The notes below the pieces were generated by a model that worked only from the letters and a program-made list of their open reading frames with translations, made no database searches and was not told where the DNA came from. The position numbers were made by a program, and so were the translations under genes. A stretch of 63,797 nucleotides of DNA, filler included, from Paramecium tetraurelia (lineage: Eukaryota): assembly GCA_000165425.1 (NCBI GenBank). It is 6 parts of 6 records of this genome, joined end to end, with 100 filler letters (N's around TTAATTAATTAA, not from the genome) between each part and the next. Parts side by side here need not be neighbours in the genome. Positions count along the whole stretch, not along the records: positions 1 to 18,903 come from CT868101.1; positions 19,004 to 37,626 come from CT868102.1; 4 more parts are not named here. One strand, written 5' to 3'. This document shows, piece by piece, positions 12,778-27,400 of the stretch (the stretch's first letter is position 1; every line of letters begins with the position of its first letter).

Positions 12778-15700
12778 ATGAAAATCTTTTCATATAATTT
12801 GCTTGCAATATTTGCGGTTTAAATATCAATGTGCTGTACGATAACAAAATTACAGTATATATACCCACTTTAAACAGTTTCAATGGAAAATATATATTAA
12901 CATTATGCTTGTTGTGCTGGGGTTGGAGCGTGGAGTAGATATGTTCCCCTTACTAATCTAATATAAATTGGAACAATTGGTATACTTGATAGTAGTTGTT
13001 TTCATATGTTTAGAATATAGGATAAGACAAGCAATGAATTACATTTTATTTATTATGAATGTATTGATCATGAGAATAAAACAATCAAGAAATATTTTCT
13101 ATTTTTTGATAGGGAAGTTGGAAGTATTAAAGAAGAGAATCTAATAGATAATACCTAATTATGAATTTGTTTGGTATTTTAAAGGGTTCTTATACAAATC
13201 CTGCAAAATCACCAAATCATATTATATTTATTAGATGGAATGGAGTAAATATATTAAAAAACAATATCATTAAAGTTTCCAATTGAAAAATAAAACTATA
13301 ACCTAATAGTTGGAGGTGATTTCATTGTACCCCAAAATATTCCCCTTCAACTTTTTGAAAGAGATATCTTTTCCTATTTTCCAGGAGAAATTATGTATAT
13401 TTAGAATTGTTTTCCACAAACCATTAATTATTTTATTTACATCATCCATATTAACTATTACATTTATTGTGAGTGTGAATAAAGTTTAACAACCAGCATA
13501 GCAGATGTAACAATAAAAAATTAAAGTATTTATGAGTTTGTTTCTCAACAATCTAATTGTTAAGAATTTTTATTTTCTGGTTGGATAAAAATTTAAGAAA
13601 TTTATTCATCCGATGATGAATTCGATTTTTAATTTATGAGACTATCTGGTAACTTTTAACATTAAAAATTAATTGGACAAAATTTGTGTGCATTTTAACT
13701 ATTTTACAAGATCTCATCAAGTTAGAATCAAATTATTATAACAACTTATAGCTATACTTTCCCAGCTGTAGATATAGACTTTTCAAGCAATCCTTTCTTA
13801 AAGTCTGAAGTAATTGATGTAGGCTCTGATATTAAATTATGGCATTACCTATTCGTAAAGAAACTAGAAAATTCAATTTTGGTTTCTATTACTTTTTACA
13901 AAGGTTTTGATAAAGAAGAATTTAATATAAAATTAGATGTGTTACAGTTTAATAAAGTGTAATTTAAGTTATCATATGGTAATTTGTTATAATCTTCATC
14001 TAATTACCTAACAATCTCAATTGTAGGATTCCAATTTTTTAATTGTCTAGGTTATGAAGAACCATCTGCAAGTTGCCACCCAACTTGCCAAGAATGTGAT
14101 GGTCCAACAAAAGATGATTGCCTAACATGTTTTTAGGAATCAAATCGAAGTTATTTACCAGATTATAAGTAATGTATCTGTGAATATGGAACAATTGATA
14201 TGGATAATCAATGTGTTAGTTATGAATTCTTAAACCTTAGATTAAATCAAGAAAAATTATTGAAAGAAGAATGCAAATATGGTTTTTTCGAATTTGAAGG
14301 GGATTGTTAATAATGGTAATATTTTCATAATCATTAAGCCCTTCAATAATAAATAAAAATGTTATAACCTGTTTGGAATGTGTTTAGAATCCTAAAAAAT
14401 GGGCTCAAACTCTTATTTGTCAAACAACTTTATATACGGATTAAGAAGGAAATGTATCATAATAGTTGTAGGACGACAAAAAGTACTATACCTTTGTGGG
14501 CAACGATTTATAATACTGTCCTGATTGCAAAATAATAGTGACTCCATCATATGATTTAATCGAAAAACTAGATTAATTTAAAGATTTTTGTCTAACTTCT
14601 CAATCAATAAATGAAAATTGCTACTCATGTGGATTAAAATGTAAATCATGTTAAATCTTACAAACTAATTTAATTTGCTTAACCGATGAAATCATACCGT
14701 TTCCTTAATATTAATCTTGTGAACCTCCAAATTACTATAATTTCCAATAAAATTGTGTAGCTTGTAAAATAAAACATTGTTTATATTGTTTCAATTATTT
14801 TGCAAGCGATCCAACAAAAACTACTCTGGGCGCTTTAGATGTTTATTCTTTTAATGATGAAAAAATTAAAGATGGAAGTTACTCCCTGATTGATGAAGAA
14901 ACTATCGAAGGTTGTGCTTAATGTGCTGATAAATACATCTATGATTTCACAATTAAGGAGTGTATTGTTAAGAAGCCGTCCTAATAAAATTGCCTCCGAT
15001 CCTATATCAATTTTTAAAAGGAAGAAATTTGCACTCTTTCTGCCAATGACGATTTTACTATTGCTCTGGAAATCTAAAATTGTGAATCCCATATTCTTAA
15101 TTGTAAGTAATGTATCAAAACTCCATAATCTACTCTTAAATGCTTACTTTGCGAGGATTATAAGATGCTTTCTACCTTAACAGGAGTTTGCAGTGCTTGT
15201 GAAAAGAGTTTCTCCAAATAATGTTTATTAGAGAACGGTTTAGATCCTTGGAAATGGATAGTTCAAGGATTTACTAATTAATTTTTACCTACTAAACCTA
15301 TTTTTTCTAAGTTTATAATGATACCGAATACTTTAATCATTGAATGCATACCTGGTTATAAAAAGATAAAAAATGAATGTTTTGTGCCTTGTGATTAAAC
15401 GTGTTCTGAATGCAAAGAGACAGATAATGGTTTTTAATGTTCTAAGTGCAAATAAAATTATTATTAAGACCCCATAAGAAATTATTCCGATGGAAATTGT
15501 TTTCAATGTTCCTCATTATGCCAAGTTTGTGAAATTAGACCGAATGAAGAAATAAATGTATTTTACCATTAATAAAATAGCAAATAAATCCATATTTTAT
15601 CACAACCCCAGAAAATACGATTTACACTTACAAATGTCTTTAATAAGTTCCTTAAGAACAAATTCAAATTGATCCAAATTTTCAAATTGCATAATATTGT

Positions 15701-18700
15701 TATTAAAACAATTGCGACAACAATTTAGAAATATTTCATGTAAACTATTATTTAATTTAGGATACATACTGATTGTAATACTTTTGAAAGAATAAATGAT
15801 TTTATAATAAATATATATAGTTACCAATATTTTAACAATATTGGCCTTAAGGAAATGACTCTTACTTTACAACTAGCAGGATACTGCGCTTTCAAAGCTA
15901 ATGTTCAAGATCTTTAGAACTATTACAAGGAAAACATTTTTTCAATTCAATTAGTAAGATTGAAGATTAAGGGGACTAATTTTCCAATTGTTGCAAAAAA
16001 GTCGTTTACTTTAACAATTTTAAAATTTGATGTCATTGTATTAATTAATCTCAAATTTTCAATTTACTCTTTGTTAGATCTGATAATCCAAAACAGGGGG
16101 CAACCCTATAGATTTAAAGATTATTGATACTCAATTTTATTAAGCTAAACATAATGCAATATCATTATCTATTCAAGGAGATAGTTTTCTTAATTTGTAT
16201 CTCGAAAATTTATTAATTTTTGATAGCAGTATTGAGAATTCAGTCGTATTTAACATTTATTGTACAAATTNNNNNNNNNNNNNNNNNNNNNNNNNNNNNN
16301 NNNNNNNNNNNNNNNNNNNNNNNNNNNNNNNNNNNNNNNNNNNNNNNNNNNNNNNNNNNNNNNNNNNNNNNNNNNNNNNNNNNNNNNNNNNNNNNNNNNN
16401 NNNNNNNNNNNNNNNNNNNNNNNNNNNNNNNNNNNNNNNNNNNNNNNNNNNNNNNNNNNNNNNNNNNNNNNNNNNNNNNNNNNNNNNNNNNNNNNNNNNN
16501 NNNNNNNNNNNNNNNNNNNNNNNNNNNNNNNNNNNNNNNNNNNNNNNNNNNNNNNNNNNNNNNNNNNNNNNNNNNNNNNNNNNNNNNNNNNNNNNNNNNN
16601 NNNNNNNNNNNNNNNNNNNNNNNNNNNNNNNNNNNNNNNNNNNNNNNNNNNNNNNNNNNNNNNNNNNNNNNNNNNNNNNNNNNNNNNNNNNNNNNNNNNN
16701 NNNNNNNNNNNNNNNNNNNNNNNNNNNNNNNNNNNNNNNNNNNNNNNNNNNNNNNNNNNNNNNNNNNNNNNNNNNNNNNNNNNNNNNNNNNNNNNNNNNN
16801 NNNNNNNNNNNNNNNNNNNNNNNNNNNNNNNNNNNNNNNNNNNNNNNNNNNNNNNNNNNNNNNNNNNNNNNNNNNNNNNNNNNNNNNNNNNNNNNNNNNN
16901 NNNNNNNNNNNNNNNNNNNNNNNNNNNNNNNNNNNNNNNNNNNNNNNNNNNNNNNNNNNNNNNNNNNNNNNNNNNNNNNNNNNNNNNNNNNNNNNNNNNN
17001 NNNNNNNNNNNNNNNNNNNNNNNNNNNNNNNNNNNNNNNNNNNNNNNNNNNNNNNNNNNNNNNNNNNNNNNNNNNNNNNNNNNNNNNNNNNNNNNNNNNN
17101 NNNNNNNNNNNNNNNNNNNNNNNNNNNNNNNNNNNNNNNNNNNNNNNNNNNNNNNNNNNNNNNNNNNNNNNNNNNNNNNNNNNNNNNNNNNNNNNNNNNN
17201 NNNNNNNNNNNNNNNNNNNNNNNNNNNTGAAGATCCTTCTTAAACTTCAGCAAGTCTGCTTTATATCGATTCTGGATAAGGTATTTTAATGATGAGAAAT
17301 GTCAATTGCTTTAATAATTCTCTCACAAATTCTTCCCTCTCATATATTTCTATTTTATCTAATGAAATATCGATAGAAAGCTTTTAAGTCAACAATCATA
17401 ATTACCATAATCAAGAGTTTTGGGTTAAATATTACGAAATTCAGTTTTAAGACAATTATAATGAAAATGAAATTACTTATATTATTTCTCAATCATATAA
17501 TATTGAAACTATAGGAGGAGCTTTATCAACAACGGTGACTAAATTTACATTTAAAAATGGTTTATTTAGTTTTATTAAAACATAAGGCAGTCAAATTTTT
17601 AACATTAATTTAAAAGGAGATGGAATAGTGAGTATATCAGACTGTACTATTAATCACGCTCATAATTAATTAATTACAACATATGAATAAGATGGTGCTT
17701 TTACAATTAGTGGCAAAAAAAGTTTGTTAACTCTTTATCTTAATAATATTATTTTAACAGATGTATTAAATAAACTATCATCATCAATCTTTTCAATATA
17801 TCCATCTTCTTCAAAAAATAATCTAGAATTAAAAAATATCATTGCTAGGGACTGTTTCTCCCTTGTTGATTAAATATTGAATTTTAAATTAGATTCTTAA
17901 ACCGTTTTATAGAACAATGTGAAAATAGATAATTTTACAATGATTTAGTCTGAGAAAGCCTTTTTAGCATATGTTTCATCTATAGGAAAAGTTAGTTTAG
18001 TAGAAAGACAAAAAATGTTTACTGATAATGCAATGATGAATTTTGTTAGATGTAAATTAATCTTAAATGATATTAAAATAGAGGGAATCATATTATCATC
18101 GATCATAAAAATTATGGATTCAAAATAAATAAAAATTGCTAATTCTAAATTCACCAATATTTAAACATTTTATGCCATAAATTTAGTAGATGTCTCATAA
18201 AGCAATGACATGGAATCAAAGATACATTTTTCTAATATTACAATCTAAAATCTTCTTGATTTTAAATTTAGTAGAATAAATTAATAATAAAATAATTATA
18301 ATTATATTCAACTTAATTCATCCTAATGTAGTTTATATACTATTTAATTAATAAATCAGAAAGATTTGGTATCAACCTTTTTTGAGGAATTTGTTTCGAA
18401 TTCGAATTAGAATGGATCTTTGATTAAATTGAAAAGCATCACCAATCTAACTCAAATTTCATTTACTAAAATTATGTCATTTAATAATGATTGTTAAAAT
18501 TGTTGGAATGGCTTACTATATTTAGAAATAATCGATTTCTAAAAAGCTCTAATCTCAGAACTATAATGCATTATGAACTCCATAAAAAATTATGGTTGTA
18601 TTTCGGCAAAATCAGATAAAAAGATAGACAGTACAATATAAATTGATAATTCAATATTCATTTCTAATAAGGGGCAGTTAGGAGCAGGGATTTTTGTCCA

Positions 18701-18903
18701 AAATTCAAAATTTTATTTAAAAAATTCCATCCTTTTGAATAATACCGCATCATAAATGGGAGGTGGTTTCTATTTTTCAGAGGGTTCTTAAAGATTTACT
18801 GTAAATACTTCCTTAATATTTAATAATTAAGCCGCAGAAGCAGGAGGGATATATTTATTTGGGAATAGCAGTTTAACTAAAACTAATTTTATTAAGTCTC
18901 TTA
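12778..18903 (+). CDS. Very large secreted/membrane protein with furin-like CxxC repeats and beta-helix (pectin-lyase/PMP-like GG..FxxN) repeats, 3'-truncated
   Basis: ATG 12778 starts a signal-peptide-like MKIFSYNLLAIFAVQISMC. Later motifs are CHPTCQECDGPTKDDCLTC, many CxxC pairs, and FISNKGQLGAGIF, NNTASQMGGGFYF, FNNQAAEAGGIY. There are 23-nt introns at 14316-14338 and 15558-15580, a few frameshifts (~13160, ~16105), and an N gap. Confidence 0.8.
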
Positions 18904-19003
18904 NNNNNNNNNNNNNNNNNNNNNNNNNNNNNNNNNNNNNNNNNNNNTTAATTAATTAANNNNNNNNNNNNNNNNNNNNNNNNNNNNNNNNNNNNNNNNN
19001 NNN
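18904..19003. other. Artificial contig/scaffold spacer N44-TTAATTAATTAA-N44
   Basis: Exactly 100 nt, with the 12-mer at 18948-18959. Genes on both sides are truncated at it. Confidence 0.97.
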
Positions 19004-19627
19004 TGGAAACACTCCAAGAGATACCTAAATTGTTATCCTTAGAGAAATCCATCCAATTCTATAGTTTGTAGGGAATTAAAAGTACTATCGAAAATGGAAA
19101 TATCATTACAATAACATCATAAGATTAATAAGTAGTAATTGTGTCGTAAAATACCTTCTCCTATCCCAATAAATATTAATTTACCATTTAAGTTGAACAA
19201 TATGATACTAGTTAAAATTAATAATTGCAAGTTGGATTTGCTCATCATTCTAAATTAATGAATTACAACTATTTCTATAGATAGAATTGTAGTGCCTATT
19301 TCGGGTTGAGTAACACAGGTAGAATCAATTTCTCTGTTTAGAAACCAGAGGGAAAGATCATAGGAGAATCTGTGAGATTGTAAATATTCTTATGATAATA
19401 GAGCCTTAAAAGAGAAAAGACCTGCTCATATTACAATATCATTAGATATTTAGAATAAATAATGTTTATTACAATATGAAGACATTAAGATTGAATACAG
19501 TAAAAAGAAGTGCTCAAAGTTGGGATTTGGCGGAGAGACAGGTGCTGAATAGTTCTTTTAGAAGAATAAGAAATTTGTATTGTTTTTTATTGGAAATTTG
19601 GCAGATATGAAATGTAAGGTGATTTGA
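19004..19627 (+). CDS. Hypothetical protein, C-terminal part (beta-rich, possibly SPRY/ConA-like)
   Basis: Open ciliate-code frame ETLQEIPKLL...KYQFTIQVEQYD...LQVGFAH...FVLFFIGNLADMKCKVI with TGA at 19625-19627 and a 22-nt intron at 19380-19401. Confidence 0.7.
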
Positions 19628-19668
19628 ATATATTTAATAATAAATATGGCATAAATGTGATTAAATGT

Positions 19669-21381
19669 TCATTTAAAGTTCTCAGAATACCATTTTTTAG
19701 TGAATTCATCACAATCCAACAATTAAAATCTCCATCCATTTATTTAAACTTCATTACCAACAATCAGATCTCCAGGAGTAAAGAATTCATTATTATTATT
19801 CACATTCTTATACTTTCTTTTTTCCAAGAATTTTCCATCAGGGATGCCTTAAAATAATACTTTTGAAAGATACCAGAATTTCTAACAGTAGGTTCATACA
19901 CCAACAGACTGTCATCATTTAAAAAGAAGGTGATTACGAAGACTCTGTCTTTATCTTCAGGTTTGGTAGTATTGAACATGGCTAGGAATCTGAGATTGAC
20001 TTGATTATCAACCCATTTGAAGAAATCCTTTTTGGGAGGTATAGGTTATAATCTATAAATATATCCAAGAGAATCTTGTTCATCTCCAATTCCATTATGT
20101 GGAGGGATTATAATATCTAAATGATAAATAGAAAATACTGGATCTTTCTTATTGAACATATTCTTCTTGGCCTCCTAAAGGGAAATCGACATTGAATTTA
20201 TCAAAATAGTATTATCTAGTGAATTAATCACATCCATTGATGAGGAATTTGCGATTATAGATAATGAGGGGTTAGCCATATTAAATATCTTGTGGCCTAA
20301 TGAAATCCTCTGCATATGTTTATCCAGGTTGATTGAGTGAGAATTTTCTGGGTAGTTTTTACCTTCTCAACATCATGGGAAATGGGACTCTGCCTGAATT
20401 GGCTGAGTTGATTTCTTTAATCTCAATAGTATCATCAGCCAAATAATAGTGAAGAATGTATTCGATGTCTGAAAACACATAGAATTTAAGGACCTGATGA
20501 TTATAAAAATAGAATGATACTTTTCTGTCATTTTCTAAGAATTGCTTTTAAGAAGTAACTTTACCACCTCCTAATTTATGTTCTAAGTAATCTTTCATGA
20601 CTGTATCTTTTTGAGGGATGAATTTAGTCATAGTTTTGGTTTCAAATGAGTCTGATTGAGGTACAAAGGATGGTTCTTATGGTATTCCTTATAGCTAGAG
20701 ATATGATTTAAGTTTACTTCGTAGAATTCTCTAGTGTATTGATCACAATCAAAAAGACGGATGGTTTTACCAAAGATGATGATATCTCGATTGATTCTGA
20801 AATCTTCAGGTAATATGAAAGTCTTAGAATCATCTGCTCTTAATACCTAATTTGGTTGGGAGAGAATACTTTTTATCTTTTAAGGAAGGCTCCTTGGGGT
20901 ACTCCACTATTTTCTTATTTTGGTTCAGTTATACTAAGTGAATGGTCTTCAAGATAATAAAAGAGTGTAATTTTGCGAATGCGATAATTCTCAAGTGCAG
21001 ATTCAACGACTGCCTCTTTGAAGTAACCACTGAATCGTAGAACATGTCTATCCATTTTGACCCAACTGGGTTGGTATAATTCTTCAGAATCATTGTTGGC
21101 ATTCTATGATGTAACTGTTATTTTACTTTGGGAAGATGCATTGCATGGGTTGTACTCATATAATCAGGATTGAACATTCCTGATTATGGTGGTATTTGAA
21201 TTGGTTATTTACGAGGTACAGGATATTCTTTATTAGCCAGATGATTGACTTCTCTATTTTGTTCCTGTTTGGTTGATGAGACCTTTCTAAAGTTTGGTTT
21301 CTAGTAATATTATGAAGTGAGTGTTACATCGATCTCCTAAGTGGGCACAAAGCCTGGTAATTTGGGGAATGCTGATGCCAT
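19669..21381 (-). CDS. RIB72: RIB72/EFHC-family axonemal microtubule inner protein with three DM10 domains and no C-terminal EF-hand (RIB72B-like)
   Basis: Starts MASAFPKLPG and contains PSWVKMDRHVLRFSGYFKEAVVESALENYRIRKITLFYYLEDHSLSITEPKQENSGVPQGAFLKR. It ends DCDEFTKKWYSENFK-TGA directly after the third DM10. Several 22-27 nt introns. Confidence 0.92.
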
Positions 21382-21400
21382 TTAATTAATATATTATTAT

Positions 21401-24400
21401 TCATTCTGATAATTAATCAGTTGGATTCTCTCTATCAGATGGATTCTCTCTATCAGATGGGTTGTTATTGTCCATTGAGTCATCTTTAGTCTAAGTATAG
21501 TTGATCTCATTCTGTTGGATCAGATGAATCACTTGAAGATTGGAATCTTCTGGTTCAGGCTCTTCTTGAACCATTTAATTACATTTTTCATCGGAGAATT
21601 GAATTATTGGTTTTTCAGGTTCTTCGAAAATTGCAGATAACTAAAATATATATAAGATAATCAAATTACCTATTGTATAGATTTTTAAATCTTCATGACT
21701 GGGAAGTACAAGCCATAATTGATATTCTTATACTCTCTAGCTTTCCAAAGCAATATTTCGAATTGTTGCTTATTTTTCTTGAAGTACTCCCCAACATAGT
21801 TGACTTGAGATGCCAAATTTGCAAGTATTGCTATCATACAAAAACCATAATTCTTATCCTTATCAAAGTTGGACACAATAGCATTCATTATCGAAGAACC
21901 CTTTACACATGATAAGATCTTAAAGGGTTCACACAATAAACATTGGAAACGCAATTCCACCAAATTGTCATCCATTTTTAACAAGGCTTCAACTGTCTAA
22001 GAAAGAGGTTCCAAGTATTGCCACTCAATTAGAAAATCTAAGAATTAGGTTACTATCAATGTCATGATTTGAGAACTGATTTTAGAATTCTTCCAACAAA
22101 CATGTTTGATCATATCAATCAAATTCGGCTGGAATTGAATCATAGCCAATATGTACTTCTTGAAATCATCAGTATCCAACAATCTGCTCAACCAGAACTA
22201 ATCAATATCCAATTCCTTCTGTCCTTTGAATTGGTAAGTCGGAGCATCCTCATTCAATTCAATCATACTCTAGGTCCTACAACTAATTATCACTTTAGTA
22301 ATTATATCACAGATCACCATCAATGGCTAATCGGTGTTGTTAGTTTACAATGACTGTAATTTAAATGATGTATATACATGTGCTTCTGTCACTGTTTCTT
22401 GTAATAATTAATAAACCTATTTGAAGTATTCTTACTAATAAAAGTGCTTCACCAAGAGCTGGTTGTTGGTTAAAATATTCTTTATTACTGTGAAGTACTC
22501 TGTTCCTCTCCTGAGAGTACTCTTCACCACCTTTAAAAGTGATTATATGTAGAACTGAAGGAATCGACCTATGCACGAATCTTCAAATAAGTAGTGTTGT
22601 TCATATTCGACGATTATGGTGATCGATTGAATAATCAATTGTGCAAACGCATTTCTGACATCTGAATATGAAGATTCGATCAATAAGTCAATGATCAGCA
22701 ATTTGTGATTTCTTAAAAGATCTAAAAACCAGAAATTAGCAGCTGGTTCTTATTTGTACAAGTCACTCAAGACCTACATATTATATTAAAACATCTATTA
22801 GTCCTTGTTTCGAAGTAAGACTTCATAAGTGAAGAAAGTTAGCAATTTAATCATTCTTAATGATGGAAGATTGTCTAATTCACTCAAATTGCTTTCCTTC
22901 GATAATTAGTGAGTCACTTAATAGGGAGTTTTGATCTACATTGTCGATGCAAATGTTTAGATGAATTTCAAGTAATCCTGAACACAAAACAATTGACTCT
23001 TCAAATACTCAGTATTCTCACTAATTACGTGTTGAATCAATATTTCCTCATTGCTACCTTTTAAATAGAACTGTTCTGGAATATTATGCTTGACCTTCTC
23101 GTAGAATAAGATGTATGCATTCTTACTGTTACTCATTCCCCATTCTGAAAGGTTGTTGTTGGCTCCTCCAAAACATTCAGTTTTGAGGTTCTCAATCTAA
23201 AATGGACAAATCACCTTATCATTGAATTCATACCACTTATCAACATCTCGAATATACGAGTAATAATGTCCACCTTCTGCACTCCCAACATGCACCAACA
23301 CTCCTTTGAGAATGTACATGGAATCACTCTAATCTTCAACTTCCATATTCTCTACTATATGATCTCGTGTCCACTTAAACATATTGATCTTCTGAGGGAA
23401 TTCAAAGTAATCGTTGATCTTAATCCTCAACATTGTATTGTAATCAAATTCAAATCGCTTTAAATGGAAGATGAAAGTATTGGGGAGTTTTTTAAAGTAT
23501 TATCTCTTTTAGACATCAATCTTTCTTTACACTTCTTCACAAAAATACTTATTTTCTCTATCAAGAACATCCCCCTTGACAAACAAAATCTAATGCTTCT
23601 TCAAGACACTTCTTATGTTTGATGTCAACAGAGACAGTCAAGAAGGGTTCTTCATTTTCTCTCCTAAAATCATACTCAGGTTCTAATGATTTGATTTCAT
23701 TAACTAATGTACCACCTAAAATTTAATGTATTAAATTGGATTAATTAGTGAATTTCTAGTCCTATTCCAATTTATCAGTGATTAAATTAAAAAATTCATT
23801 GCAATCCTATTAAATTACGACATTAATGACTTCGCCATCATATCCCTTCAATGTTTTAATCAATTAATGAGGATTGATGTACTGCTTCACAGATTCTTGG
23901 AGTTGAATGAATACTAACTACAATTAGTGTAAAGTATGATCTGCCATTTTACGTTGCAAAATTGGTGAATCAACAGCATTGATGTTATCGAAGATGAGAG
24001 GAGCCTTCATTTCAGTGATCATGATCTGCCCATTCAAGATGCCTTTACGCAAGGGGATATTCATATAGAATTATTGTAGCAGAGAATTGATATAACAAGT
24101 AGCTCCCAAATTACGTAATCCAACAAAACCATGTGAACCCTTGACTCCCAAGTCCATATCGACCTCATTGACATCGAATTTCAATTAATGATGGTTTTGA
24201 ATCAGAGGTAACATCTCGTGTAGATGATTCTCATCTTTACACAATTCCAATAACAAATTGGAATACTCTCTTTCTCGTTAGTTTGCGTTTATAAACAGGG
24301 TAAATGTAATAATCATTATTCATCTCAAATAGACATTTGTATAAGAATTTTGTGAATTGAATGTCTACCTTAATGTTTTTGTCAACCTGCAACAAGGAAG

Positions 24401-27400
24401 TCAACAATAGCAAATTGCCTTGCAATAGCTTATCTTCATTTTCAGTAAATCTTTACTCCATAATTTGCCTATTTAAAATCAATGATATTATCTATTAAGC
24501 CAATTGATGAGTGTCAAAGAATGTCAGATCATTCACCTAACCAATCAATCCGGCAATCACCAGGTATAATTCATCATACTATGTTTCTCCCTTGATTAAG
24601 GCCTTCAGTATGTCATTGCTGAGATTCACTCCATTTCTCTTTCCAATATCTTGAAGCGTCAGTATGAAATAGGCTGTCAATTTTCGTTGTTCCTCATTTG
24701 CACTATTTAGCAATTCTACCAACCTGTTGATGGGCAATTCAAGTTTAAGTAATTCAGGTTTCATATACAAGATGCATAGAATGTTTGTGTATATCTATTC
24801 AACTCCAATTCTTTGGGTCAGAGATTCCAACAATACATTCCATTCTACTTCCAATTCCGAATTAAAGAACACTTATTAGAGAAGTTAAGCCTCGTCGTAT
24901 CCTTGTATGTTGGGTTTCTCTTACTTCTATAGTTATATACTCAATAGACTGCATAATTTAGGATCTTCGTCCTTCTATTAGACAGCCTGTTTTAATCTTA
25001 AGAGTTGTAAGAACTCATTCTAATTCATCATCCTCAATCTACTCATTGAATAAGCCAAGAAGTAGATTTAGAAGATATCTAGAATGATTGTCAATATTTC
25101 AATTGGATTGTCCAATTGGATCAACAGTAATTTTAGGCCACCTTAAAAGAGGAAGTTTTCTCGTAATGCTTTTCTCTTTTCATATTCATCTTGATCTTCA
25201 ATGTAGTCACATTACAATTATTCCTTTAGAATTTACAAGTGATATTACAATTTGTATTTGTTATCTACCATGAGGAGATTACACCAATCAGTTTACGACT
25301 ACTCAATCAACTCGTACACTTCCTTATTCCTGGGTATCATTTATAGGATAGACCAAACCTTAGTACTCTATTCATGGTTCCCTTCATTAAGTAGTATGAA
25401 TAACTAATTGATGTAATTATTTGAGATTAATGAAGCAAATGAGATCTCATCGGTTTGTTGTTTCATCACAGCCTTTTACTGTTTCTTAACCTGTGGATTC
25501 TTTTATTAGTATTCCTAAAGCAATTGTTCTCCACGATCCAAAATATCGCATATAGCATTATCTACTTGCCAATTCTTTTCCTTCAACACAGAAATTATGA
25601 AATCTCTGTCTTGTATTTACACTATATTGATAATCTCTTAGACTCTCTCATCTGAATCGTTTGGCACGTATTCATTAGAGATCTGATTGGTAGTATTATT
25701 ATAAGCATTAATCTCATCTGCCAAGTTCTCTCTTTTTGATATTACAAAAGTCAGTTTCTAATTTACCTTATAATCTTTGAGTGTTTTATTATCATCAAAT
25801 AGAGTTCCTCTACAGAAAATATCGAATTCATCTGGCTTCAAAGATGGATTCAATTTCTATCCTATTATTTGTTTTGCTTATAATACTGGCAATCCACTCA
25901 ATAATTGAATATCTTATCTCTTTGGAGGCATGGCATCCATGCATTTATTATCAATCGTCACAAACACCTTTTCCCCTTATTCTATTAATTAGTATCCTTC
26001 AAATTCTTCTAATAATTTGACTATCAATGATAGAGAATTAGGATTATTAATTTAATTGAACAGTTAAACTAAGTATTGTTATTTTAATTAATTTAGGATT
26101 GTCTGTTGCTATTTGAATCGCAAGAGCTTAATGAAGAATTGCTACAATTAAGGTCCCAATTACACTTGCTACTTGAAGATCTTCCATAGTACTTGCAATC
26201 CAATAATGTCTGCATCCACAATTGTATATTGATCATACTGCAACTTCATTACCTTATATTAGACATTGAAATATAGAATTAGATTAGTCAAGCATTACAA
26301 CATTTACTGACTTAGGGAGGAGCTTTTAATGGTGGATATGAACAATAACTCTATGGCCTCTTGATCCAAGAACTTCTTATTGACATCTCCAACCCAATTA
26401 AAAAATAGATCCTTCTCCTCTATACATCTTGCATTTTCTACCAACAATTTCCATAAGATCATCAACTAAGCTCTTGTGATTTTTGAATCTTAATGAAGGA
26501 ATTCGTAGAATTTAACAAATTGTTCAATCGTTTATAAGTAATCCTTACTTTCTCTTTTGATCAATTTCAACTTTTCTCTTCCCATTACTTTTAAAAAGTT
26601 CAATTTAATATCGTATTTGTCTTGGATCCATTTCAAGACATCCCTGGAATTATTAAATTCAGCTAACGGATAAGATGATGAAATGATCTTTTATAACACA
26701 GTGATGTAATTACAGACTGGTAATGGTTGCTCTTAAGCAATCAAATTCGAAAATCCGTGCAATAGATATTGTTATCTGAGTGATTTGAATTGATGACAAA
26801 TTAAATTGATAGCTATTTAGAAAGCTGACTGACCAATTTCAGTGCTTGGTTATTCGTGAACAATGTTTAATAGGAATTCGACAATTTGAGATTTCAATTA
26901 TATAGCCCTGTCATTATCAAATTGCTCTATGGTTTCATTTTTATTTTATTCTATTTCTTTATAATCCGTATCGAATTATTCATACTTCCTTTTCCCACTT
27001 GATCTCTCATTCTATTTTATAAAATTATCATTATTATTGTTATTTCCCATTCTATTATTCTAGTTTTCTAAATCCTATCGCAAATATTTGTTTCTCCCCA
27101 AACTCTTAATAAAATTGAGTCCATTTTAATCTATCTAACTCTACTTTATATTTTGAATCAGCGTTTCAACGTCCTCTAGTGATAAGATTTCTGCCAAATC
27201 TGTGAGCAATTTTGAAATCATATTATCCCATGTTTCATGCTTACCTTTTCCTAATCTGAGTATGCTCAATATTTCATCTTTACTTAATTTTTGATGTAAG
27301 TACAGAAATTGAATGATTGGGAATGATCTCTTCATCAATTCGAAGTGAGCTTTTTCTCCAAATAACTCTTAGAATACTTGATTGTCCACTATGTATTTTA

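Noticed and set aside
4136..17289. Long poly-X ORFs in the track (4136-4612 and 16195-17289)
   Set aside because: They are artefacts of translating N gaps.
18948..18959. Palindromic TTAATTAATTAA as a biological site (IES end, piggyBac target, breakage signal)
   Set aside because: It is always centred in exactly 44+44 N, so it is an assembly linker.
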